A DNA stretch of 18,234 bases from positions 87,171,616-87,189,849 of the forward strand of contig JANKJI020000004.1 in the NCBI GenBank assembly GCA_024626585.2. Direction: 5' to 3'. Made by a program: the position numbers and the translations under genes. Below are positions 1-8,770 of this stretch, one piece after another. How positions within the stretch are numbered: the first letter of the stretch is position 1; every line of letters starts with the position of its first letter. This stretch comes from Ginkgo biloba (lineage: Eukaryota > Plantae > Ginkgophyta). The notes under the pieces are model-generated. The model was given only the letters and a program-made list of their open reading frames with translations. It was not told where the DNA came from and made no database searches.

Positions 1-74
1 ATTTATGATTACTGATTGGACTACACGACTACTATGGATTCTCACTACCTTCTTTACAATTTATATTCAAGTAG

Positions 75-1387
75 GAGTAATTAATAGTCAAGTACATGAA
101 TGGATTAAGCTATCATATTCAAGATGAAATTACCATGCACTAGATGAATATGGTGAAGGAGGCTTATCAATTGGAATTAAAGGCAATATCAAAAGTGGTG
201 AGGATCTTGAGTAAAAGACCTAGTATGAAAAGTATAGAATATTTAGTGGAAAAGTGGAGAGGAGGAACCATGACATGGGAGGAAGTAGTTCTAGAAGCGA
301 TAAGACCATGGGTGTTTGAAGTGAATTTCCACCAAGGCAAAGAGATGAGAAGGCTATCCAGATAACTCAAGGGAAAGGAAAATATATTCAAGTGAGAGGA
401 CATGGATTTGGAAGAATATTTAACACACCCAAGAGGAAAGTAACCTATTTAACGTATGGGGTTGAAGGGCATATGGAATATAAATATCCTATTAGAAATG
501 ATGACATGCTAAGGACAAAATGAGGTCAAATTTAGATGAGAAAAAGAGGCACCCAAACCCTCTACCATGGAAAAGGATGCACAAATATTATTGTTAAGAA
601 TGGCAATGTTGACACCAAGACTAGAGAGAATGGACAAATGAATAGAGGAGTCCTTAGTAAACAACCAAAAGAGACTAGTAAACAAATATAGAAAATTAGA
701 AAATGGCCTAAGGAGTTTGATGAACAAACAAAGAGAACCAACAAGAAGACAAATAAAGATGATAAACAATCAAAATTAGTTGGATGAATTGACCAAAGTA
801 GGTTGGATAAATGGTCCAAATAAGGTGAGAAAATGGTCCATGGGAAGTCTAACGAATGACCCAAAGGAGGAAAATGGATTAGAGAAAAGACAAACCATTT
901 TTATAATAAGATGTAAATATAGAGGTAGGATATGAAAGGTTATCATTGACAACAAAATCTATAAGAAAATGGTTGCTATGGAGATGGTACAAAATTTAAG
1001 GTCCCCTTATAAAAAATATAAATGATCCTATGGAATCTCATGGTTTAAGAAGGGAGGTGATATTGCAATCAAGGAAATATTGTTGATCACATTTCATATT
1101 GGAAATTACCATGATTAGGTGTGGAGTGACATAGTTCCTCTGGATGCATGCCATATATTGTTGGGTCGACCATGGCAATTCGATAGGAGAGAAATTTATG
1201 ATGGGAGGAGGAACAAATACACCATCATAAAAGGTAGAAGGAGGTTTGAGATAATACCCATGAAAGAGTAAGAACCATCTAAAGTAATTATTTCCATAAA
1301 GAAATTCTTAAGGAATGTCCATGTTACGAGAACATGCTATGCATTAGTGGCAAAGAAAGTGGATGAAGAGTAGTCAAAAAAAGTGTT
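75..1387 (+). mobile_element. Decayed Ty3/gypsy (CRM-like chromovirus) gag-protease remnant
   Basis: Frame +3 from 93 reads KYMNGLSYHIQDEITMH*MNMVKEAYQLELKA (gag-like). A degenerate zinc knuckle Y-x2-Y-x4-H-x4-Y lies at 446-487. Frame +3 at 888-1271 reads RQTIFIIRCKYRGRI*KVIIDNK...FHIGNYHD*VWSDIVPLDACHILLGRPWQFDRREIYDGRRNKY, matching the CRM-type protease signature CDVVPMDACHILLGRPWQFD. Several stops and at least one frameshift; ends at an N gap. Confidence 0.88.
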
Positions 1388-2427
1388 NNNNNNNNNNNNN
1401 NNNNNNNNNNNNNNNNNNNNNNNNNNNNNNNNNNNNNNNNNNNNNNNNNNNNNNNNNNNNNNNNNNNNNNNNNNNNNNNNNNNNNNNAATGTCTTAGAAA
1501 TACCAAAAGGATATTTGAGATGAAAAGGAAATGTATGTTTGAAATGGATTGAAGATTGAGGAGTACCTAGCTATGTAAATGGACATATCCTCTAACAAAT
1601 TTAGTTCTTATAATTACCCTTGGACTTTGTATACAAGAATATAAGTAGAAGGTAATTATATTATAAGATTTGATGAGAATACATTACACCTTCATCTCCC
1701 ATAGAACATGCTTAATAGTAAGATTTAAGTTCAATGATTCTTTGACCCCATATGTTAAATCCATATTTATATCATATTGTTCATTAAAAGTAGGTGAAAA
1801 GGGTTATAGAATTTAGGGATTATAATAAGGGAAACCATATTTAATTGAATAACTTGTTTATTTCCAAAACAAAATTCTATAATACAAGAATGCCACAGGG
1901 ATGATATATGGTTTATGTACATAGATCAATTTTTTGAAAAGAAATATTAATAAGGAGACACTATGGACATCCACCCAAACCTTTAAGTATAGAACACCAT
2001 TTGACCCATGTACTTTATCTAATTTTTATAATTAAATTTTCTATGTTAAAAATTTATAGTTGCTCCATCTTCTATGTTGGTGAATGAAATAGGCATAAGA
2101 ATAATCTTTCAATTTGTCCCATGTTCTTTGTCTACTTCCATAGTGAATTCTTACTAGAAATTCCTTTTTTATTATAATAAAAGTGAAGCCACTAATGGTA
2201 TTTAAGTCTTTTCATATGTATAATCCTTACTAAAATGAGTAAATATGTTAAAATCTAACCAAGTTAGACCAAATACAAGGCAAGATGTGGAAGAAAATGT
2301 TGATCTAAATGAGATTTTAGGACTAGATGTAGACGAGGATGATCTTAAAGCTATAAAAGTGGATACTTGTATTGACACCTTATTGTGAATTAGTCCATCC
2401 AAAATATATTATGTTGTATATATGAAT

Positions 2428-3119
2428 TGTAACATTTAGTCTAGGATAATATACAATAGTTGAAAATTTCTTAACAAATTTTAAAAGGTTACTATAGATA
2501 ACCATTCTTGAAACTAAGAACCAAATTGTGAATAATTATTGTTTCAATACCTTCATTGGGTACTTACTAATGATAAATAAAATTTAATAATACACCAATT
2601 GACGAATAACAAAAATACTTGAAATTATAGAAATGAAAAATTCAATAATCATAATAGTTCCATAATCATAATAGTTCCATTAGTATTTCTACTTAAAAAG
2701 AATGATTCACGGTCGTGATTGAGAAGCATAAAGAGAGAACTTACTTCCTTAGAGAGTTTTTCTTAAAGAGAATATATAAATAAAATGATAAATTCAGTTC
2801 TAAGAGAAGAGGAAGCAATTTCTTCTCGAGTTCTCTTTTTTTTATTATAAGATAAGTATAAATTGTTGAGATAATAAGATGGTAAATGAGAGGAGAATCA
2901 AGCTTATTTCTAACTTAACTATATTTTTTATTAAGGTGATAATAAGCTAGCTGAGATTACTATTTTTCTCCAAAATACACATTAATATATTAGAACTCTA
3001 GTGAACTTAGTTTGGTTCATATGAAAGGTTTCCTTAGGTATTTTAAGGGTTCTTTTTCTACTTACACATAGGCTTTTTGTATTTTACTTCTCCAGACAAT
3101 GTTGTGTTTTAGGAATACA
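2428..3119 (-). mobile_element. Putative 3' LTR of the minus-strand chromovirus
   Basis: On the minus strand, PPT AAGGGGGAA (3131-3123) is followed by TGTATTCC at 3119. A candidate end ...TGTTACA lies at 2428, giving TGTA...TACA termini. The left boundary is tentative and no second LTR is available for comparison. Confidence 0.4.
2645..2680. repeat. 17-bp tandem duplication (ATAATCATAATAGTTCC x2)
   Basis: Two exact adjacent copies read directly. Confidence 0.85.
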
Positions 3120-4477
3120 AAATTCCCCCTTATTAAATATGCATTGTCCTCAAAGAATTTGTAGGGAGGGATGAACTTTTTTAAATAACTCTATCTCTCA
3201 TGTTGTGTATTCCTTGGGTAGGTTTTCCCACTTTATGTAGTACTTTTAGTTCCCATAATATTCTTGGAAGGCTATTTATGCCTATCTTCAATATGGATTA
3301 TTTTGTAATATTCCAGTCATAGGTATATCTTCGAGAAATACTTAGTGCCATGGAGTTCATCTAGGATGTTATCTACTCATACATTTAGGAACTTTTTCTT
3401 CACTATTCTCTTATTGAATATGATAATATACATAAAGGATGAAGAATTCATATTTATTTTGAGCTAGGATTATTCATACATTATGTGGACTATTGTTATG
3501 TGTTATTATTACTCTAATATCTAAGAGTTCTTTACCAATGTCTCCATTTAATTTTTTTTCATGTTTATATATCAATAGGTCTTGACAATTGCGAGGTATT
3601 TATTTAGATTTATATCACTACTATGTTATATAAATTTGTCTAGTGGTGCAATCTTTAGAAGATCATAGAAAAAGTTGTGGCATTTTTTAGAATCCATTCT
3701 AAGTCCTTCTTCTACTTGTCCATGTGTTCATTTTGGAATGAGTTATTTATTATTCCTTTTGGTTTTGATTCCATACAATATAATATTATGATAAAAAATA
3801 ATTTCTAGTTTATAAAGGATATTTCCCATATTCTTAGAATTAACTACTTGGTTGAGTGGTGTGTGTGTACCATAAATTGTATATTTTACTCTATCAACCT
3901 TAAACTTCATATTTTTTTTATCATGGTTCATACCACAAGTTCTAAGTGTTCTAATCCATTAAATATTTAAGACCACACATACTCCTTTGATTAGTAGCAC
4001 AAAAAATCTTATGGTTAACATATACTCACTTATTTCCAAACTAATGTTTTTGATGGTAATATCACATATTAGTGACTTATGTCCGAGGATTGTTATTTAT
4101 AAAGTATTTGTATAATTGATATGGAGACCCAACCTCTTAATTTACCTTAATTTAAGAAAATTTTGTGTACTTCATGAATCTACTAATACTAATAGCTTGG
4201 AATTTCATGTAAATACATGTACTTTAAATGTTCTAACACTTGGACTCCTATCATTACTTCCGGTGAAATTTTAACCTTTTTTATTTGTATGGATGGTTCA
4301 TGGATAATGTCATCATCATTGTCTTTGTATGATTGGGAACCTAAAGTGGAACCTATGGATTTTTGTTCTTCATGTGCTTCATATTCTTGTTGTACTTCTA
4401 TTTCTTTGTCTGATGCTTCAACCATATAAAACTTCTTATGAGGCTTCTTATAGATGTGTCCTTTTGCCCATGGTTCT
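3120..4477 (-). mobile_element. Decayed Ty3/gypsy chromovirus (Tekay/Reina-like) internal region: gag end, protease, RT N-terminus, chromodomain and PPT, internally deleted
   Basis: Minus-strand translation gives EPWAKGHIYKK (gag knuckle remnant) and LLVLVDS*STQNFL at about 4195-4154 (protease DSG with Gly->stop at 4172-4174). It continues FNKRIVKKKFLNV*VDNILDELHGTKYFSKIYL*LEYY (RT start, cf. [25 protein letters not shown]), then KYYIKWENLPKEYTT*EIELF (chromodomain, cf. EYLIKWKNLP..ATWE), then the PPT. Confidence 0.88.
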
Positions 4478-4697
4478 NNNNNNNNNNNNNNNNNNNNNNN
4501 NNNNNNNNNNNNNNNNNNNNNNNNNNNNNNNNNNNNNNNNNNNNNNNNNNNNNNNNNNNNNNNNNNNNNNNNNNNNNTTGGTCTTTCAAAGACATTAAAT
4601 AAAATCTGTGAATCTGTCTTTCTGCTCATTCACAATCCTAATATTGGACTGTAAAATGAGACATCTGAATATGCAGGCAGAATAGGCACATTTTGTA

Positions 4698-4768
4698 CAA
4701 AAAATAATGTGTTGTTTCCTGCAACAATTGCAGGAAACAACACATTATTTTTTGCAATTGTTGTAGGA
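4698..4768. repeat. Perfect 27-bp inverted repeat (3-nt loop) plus a third 16-bp inverted arm, downstream of the DREB2 stop
   Basis: 4698-4724 CAAAAAATAATGTGTTGTTTCCTGCAA is the exact reverse complement of 4728-4754. 4753-4768 is the reverse complement of 4717-4732 with one mismatch. Confidence 0.93.
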
Positions 4769-5043
4769 TCTCGACTGTTTTAAGCAATAACAACCAATAA
4801 TGAGTTATTAACCATACTGTTGATTTCAAAAGTCATTTTTTCAAGTTTAGGTTCCCAAGAAGTTTATGCTTGGCAACAGCAACATTACAAACCTGGAAGA
4901 TTTCAATGGGCCGAGGCCAGAGGCTGTGTCAGCTCCCATTTATCCAATCATCCCGGGAATCTTTCATCCATCTGTCAGTACCTCCACCGGGTCAGAAACA
5001 ATGGCCATTCACAATGGGGTTTCCTATTTTCACATATATTTAT

Positions 5044-6186
5044 CTAATAATAACCGTTAAGAATGTCTTCAAGCATTATTAAATCTTGGTCATTCTGTGG
5101 TTGTGAAGATTGCAGGGGACCTTGGCCACATAAATCATTGTCTTGCTCCAGCCATGGTACATCATAACTCATGGTGTCAATCTGGTTATCCAACTCCAGA
5201 AATTCAGGCTCTTTCTCATCAACATTCAGAATCCTCAAGAACTCATCTGGGTCAAAGTTTTCTTCCACATCTAGCTTAGAATCTGGTCCAGCCGGCTTAG
5301 GATTTTCAAATTTCATAGAACATGGAACTGGGTTTTGCTGTGGTTTGGAATCTGGGTTTAGGGTTTCAACTTCTGTGACTGTTTTTAATGGGGCTTCTAC
5401 ACTAGTAGGGTTCAGAATGCCATTGGAGACTTCACATTGTCGAGAAGTGGGAAGCGAGGTTCCAGCAGTACTCATTTCAATTACAGCAGAAGTAAGAGAG
5501 CATGGAGCAAAATCCGAGGTTTTAGATTTGCCCATCTCATCTACAGAGGATTCAGAGAGAGAACAGCGGGTAAATTGCGAGGTTCCAAAGATGCCCAATT
5601 CGTTTACACTGGATTTAGCAACAGAAAATGGGGTAATTTGTGAGGTTCCAACAATGCCCAATTCGTTTACAGAGGATTCGACCACAGAGCATGGGTTAAA
5701 TTGGGAGTTTCCTACACTGCCCATTTCCATGGCAGAGGAATCAGAGAGAGAGCCTTCTTTTGAAGGCTGAAAGTTTACAGTATATGCGGATGGTAAGTCC
5801 TCAGAATTAACAATTTCAGGAAAATTGAGACGCGCACAGAAACCATACAATATTCTGGCAGCCTCGTCGTATGCCAGAGCAGCCTCTTTGGCAGTGGAGA
5901 AGGTACCCAACCAGAGACGTTTTCCTTTATTGGGCTGCCTAATTTCTGCAACCCATTTGCCCCATGTCCTCTGCCTCACTCCTCTGTAACTGCAATGGAC
6001 ATTGTCCGGACCTCCCTTTCCCTTCATACAGCCCTTCCTGGAACCCTTAGCAGGAGCTTTTTTAACCATGTTGGTGTCATTTTGAACCCATTTTGCGAGT
6101 TTTTGAGCTACATTGCTTCGCATATCCTCTCCTCTCAATCGCGCATTTCTTTTAGTTCGCGTCCCAATCGCACTGTTCATTGCCAT
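5044..6186 (-). CDS. DREB2: DREB2-type (AP2/ERF subgroup A-2) dehydration-responsive element-binding transcription factor, 380 aa, uninterrupted ORF
   Basis: AP2 domain aa 67-123 ([19 protein letters not shown]...[29 protein letters not shown]) with V14. It is preceded by the DREB2-specific motif [17 protein letters not shown]. The N-terminal [10 protein letters not shown]...VAQKLAKW resembles the AtDREB2A basic N-terminus. The acidic C-terminus contains [11 protein letters not shown]. The symbol is a subfamily call, not an orthology call. Confidence 0.96.
   Translation of the reverse strand: MAMNSAIGTRTKRNARLRGEDMRSNVAQKLAKWVQNDTNMVKKAPAKGSRKGCMKGKGGPDNVHCSYRGVRQRTWGKWVAEIRQPNKGKRLWLGTFSTAKEAALAYDEAARILYGFCARLNFPEIVNSEDLPSAYTVNFQPSKEGSLSDSSAMEMGSVGNSQFNPCSVVESSVNELGIVGTSQITPFSVAKSSVNELGIFGTSQFTRCSLSESSVDEMGKSKTSDFAPCSLTSAVIEMSTAGTSLPTSRQCEVSNGILNPTSVEAPLKTVTEVETLNPDSKPQQNPVPCSMKFENPKPAGPDSKLDVEENFDPDEFLRILNVDEKEPEFLELDNQIDTMSYDVPWLEQDNDLCGQGPLQSSQPQNDQDLIMLEDILNGYY
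5443..5751 (-). repeat. In-frame 63-bp (21-aa) tandem repeat, about 5 copies, inside the DREB2 CDS
   Basis: aa 146-248: [21 protein letters not shown] / [21 protein letters not shown] / [21 protein letters not shown] / [21 protein letters not shown] / [19 protein letters not shown]. Confidence 0.9.
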
Positions 6187-6340
6187 GGAATGCTAAATCC
6201 CACCCACAAATTCAATTCAACTCAGACACTGAATATTTTAACTGAAACTTGTTGAATTCTTTAGTTCAAGACAATACCCAAACTGAATTTCCGGTTCAAA
6301 GCACAGTAACTGTCAGGAATCCGTTTAAACCGTGGCACCA

Positions 6341-6386
6341 AAAAATTATCAGATATCTATTCTTTCAAAAATTCTCAGATATCTAT
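6341..6386. repeat. 20-bp duplication containing the palindrome AGATATCT in the DREB2 5' leader
   Basis: AAAAATTATCAGATATCTAT (6341-6360) and AAAAATTCTCAGATATCTAT (6367-6386), one mismatch. Confidence 0.8.
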
Positions 6387-6447
6387 GCTTAGAAACCTTC
6401 TTCCTGAGATAATCTCTGTAACTAAATATTTCTATTCACATAACAAA

Positions 6448-6455
6448 TATTTATA
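6448..6455 (-). promoter_or_regulatory. TATA box of the DREB2 gene
   Basis: CTATAAATA on the minus strand about 260 nt upstream of the ATG, just downstream of a CpG-containing motif cluster. I saw no ATG in the predicted leader (6420-6187). Confidence 0.7.
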
Positions 6456-6472
6456 GGCTTCGGCGTTGTCCC

Positions 6473-6545
6473 CATGTGCCACGCGCTTACGCGGTTTCTA
6501 TGAAATGGGATTTTAAGGATGTGGCGAACGTCACGCCTGACGACG
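6473..6545 (-). promoter_or_regulatory. Proximal stress cis-element cluster: CACATG, CE3/ABRE-like CGCGTGGC, CGCG boxes, as-1/ocs-like element
   Basis: The minus strand reads CCGCGT (6494-6489), GCGCGTGGC (6486-6478) and CACATG (6478-6473). The plus strand at 6526-6545 reads GAACGTCA-CGCC-TGACGACG. CpGs are retained here while the flanks are CpG-depleted. Confidence 0.62.
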
Positions 6546-6829
6546 ACGACAAACGACTTATCAAGACTTTCCTAAGCGTTTCCGGCACTGTTGATTTGCT
6601 TTTCCAGAAATGATATTGAAAGAGGATATTCTACTATTATTGGAGATTGCTTCCAGCGCACGCAACTCATGCTTCCAAATGGTTCTACCGTCATTTTCAA
6701 CATAAGAATTTATGACATTTATTTTAGGGACCATCCGATCCACTTGGTAGCATCCATTTTGACATCAACTTTTTTGTTGGTAGTTGTGTACAAACCATCC
6801 GGTCGAATTCTTCTAATGGNNNNNNNNNN

Positions 6830-6898
6830 TTTGATGTTATATTATATCAATATCTTTGTAAAATTTCATATTTTGATGTTATATTATATCAATATCTT
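6830..6898. repeat. 42-bp-period tandem duplication next to an N gap; 6848-6885 recurs exactly at 8036-8073
   Basis: TTTGATGTTATATTATATCAATATCTT at 6830 and 6872. The 38-mer CAATATCTTTGTAAAATTTCATATTTTGATGTTATATT occurs at both 6848 and 8036. Confidence 0.8.
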
Positions 6899-7282
6899 AA
6901 AATTTAAATTTGAATCATTTCAACATGCCATCTTACGATTACACCTTCATGCATCTTTATGAAAGCTCTTGAACTCAAGACACTTTAATGTTGTATTTTC
7001 ATTAATATTGAGAAATTTATAGGTGGTTTCCATTATGTGGAATTATACTATCTCTAATGCACATTGATTGATAATTTGATGCGTGTTAAATGCAACTTGC
7101 CACCTACCATAACCATGGTCAACTATACATGACCTATTGACTCTAGGGAGGTAAGTTCCATGGTGTATTTATTGCATAATTTTGAAGTATTTTGGATGAT
7201 AGTTATTGGTTGTTGACATTATTATTATTTAATTTTATTTTATTATTTTATTTGACTACATTGTTCATTGGATAATATTCAT

Positions 7283-7532
7283 TAGATTAGATTGTTTATT
7301 GCCCTAATATATGTAGCCAACAACTCACAACAGGTGGCATTGTGCAATTGCACAGTGCCACTTGTTGTAAATTGTTGGCCACATAGCTTTCTCCATTGTT
7401 CAGGTCTGATCTATGCAGCCAATAACTTACATCAGGTGGCATTGTGCAATTGGCTCATTGTCCCTTCAAAGGCCCAAGAGCCAATTGCACAGTGCCACCT
7501 GCTATAAATTGTTGGCCACATAGCTTTCTCCC
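7283..7532. mobile_element. Fold-back (MITE-like) double-hairpin insert between 17-bp direct repeats
   Basis: Palindrome 1 at 7310-7385 is centred on CAATTG with no loop. Palindrome 2 at 7411-7523 has the same arms and a longer centre. The flanks are CATTGGATAATATTCAT (7266-7282) and CATTGGCTAATATTCAT (7533-7549). The structure is clear; mobile origin is inferred. Confidence 0.6.
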
Positions 7533-8492
7533 CATTGGCTAATATTCATGAAATATTTAAATTGATATGGTGAAAGTAATTGTTCTTCACCACTTGGACT
7601 TTCTTACATGTGTTTAAAAAGTCCAACTAAGAAGCTATCCACCCAATATTTATTATTGCATTCGCATGTCAAATCTAGAAGTCTTCTCTACAATGGATAG
7701 TTACATCTCGAAAGCAAGTGCCACAAAGTGGTGAGTACTTATCTGTAGTGAGAGAAAGACAGAAGTGTATACCAAATCTTGAGGATGAACACATATTAGT
7801 AATCTATACTAATGGAAAAGTAGAAACATAAGAAAAGAAGTTGTAAAGAATCTAAGTCATTAGGTTTGAGCTTGAAGTTGGGTTCAAGAGCAAAACATCT
7901 AACAACAAAAAAAGGAAGATCGAATGCCATAAAGATGGTGAAATAGATAAATATTTTTTTATATAGCATTCATACTTTTAAATAAACCAACATAAAAATA
8001 GAAATATTAAATATCAAAGCAAGCACACATTTGACCAATATCTTTGTAAAATTTCATATTTTGATGTTATATTTTACTAACATCTTTTTAAAAGTTTGGC
8101 GAATTCTAAAATGAGTTTCGACCCAATGCAAACATACGTATTTAAAAAAAAATACCAAACCTTGTGACCATGGAGAAAATCAACATCATACCATTTTCAT
8201 AATCTCTACCTAGTATAACTATAATACAATAGTTAATTCATGATCTTAATCTATCAACGAGTTATATAAAGAAATTAATGCATAACTTCTCAAATGTTAC
8301 ATATACTTATTTGATTTGCTCAAAACAACTCACAAGTTGTTTCTAGCAACAATAACACATTTGTGGTGGTGTTAAAGAGCCTTTGCTTAGAATGTGATTT
8401 GACTAAAGATAATAGCTATTTCATATCAAATAAGCTTTAATTTTATACATATTAACACTAAAAGGTAATTAGATAACTTTGAGAGCACCAAG

Positions 8493-8770
8493 CACTACTA
8501 CAAAAATGGATCATAGCAACATTTGCTTGCAACAACTAACAACAAAATACCAAAATATTGCAAATTAGTGAATGTAATAAAATTTTAGCTTTTTAACTTG
8601 ATTTTTGCAACACGCCACTAATTTTAAGTTATAGCGTATTGCATTATTGATTCTACAAACCTTGTGAGACAAGGATTTATCATCATAACATAACCATACA
8701 ATGTTGTGATGCAACATTACTAGAACATTACATGGCAATGTTTTGTAGCAAAATGTAGCATTATAATGCT
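8493..8770 (+). mobile_element. Probable CACTA (En/Spm) transposon terminus
   Basis: CACTACTACAAAAATGG at 8493 is followed by scattered GCAACA-type subterminal motifs (ATAGCAACAT, TTGCAACAAC, TTTGCAACAC, ATGCAACATT). No partner TIR or transposase found; right boundary approximate. Confidence 0.4.

Noticed and set aside
1488-2427. Possible LINE 3' zinc-finger remnant on the minus strand (GCP*CL, LWEM)
   Set aside because: Motifs are too short and decayed to support; it needs a translated search against LINE ORF2 proteins.
4189-4629. 146-aa ORF as an intact gene
   Set aside because: It spans a 100-N gap and joins unrelated sequence to the retrotransposon gag remnant; the other X-containing ORFs are equally unreliable.
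4820-5043. Extension of the DREB2 CDS beyond the TAG
   Set aside because: Relatively GC-rich, but the same frame stops again within about 25 codons and shows no recognisable motif.
5171-5770. 199-aa plus-strand ORF and other short ORFs overlapping DREB2
   Set aside because: Antisense shadow of the real CDS, helped by the 63-bp repeat; no domain of its own.
6602-6620. Heat-shock element
   Set aside because: Only two nGAAn units are in register; the next GAA is 1 nt off gapped-HSE spacing.
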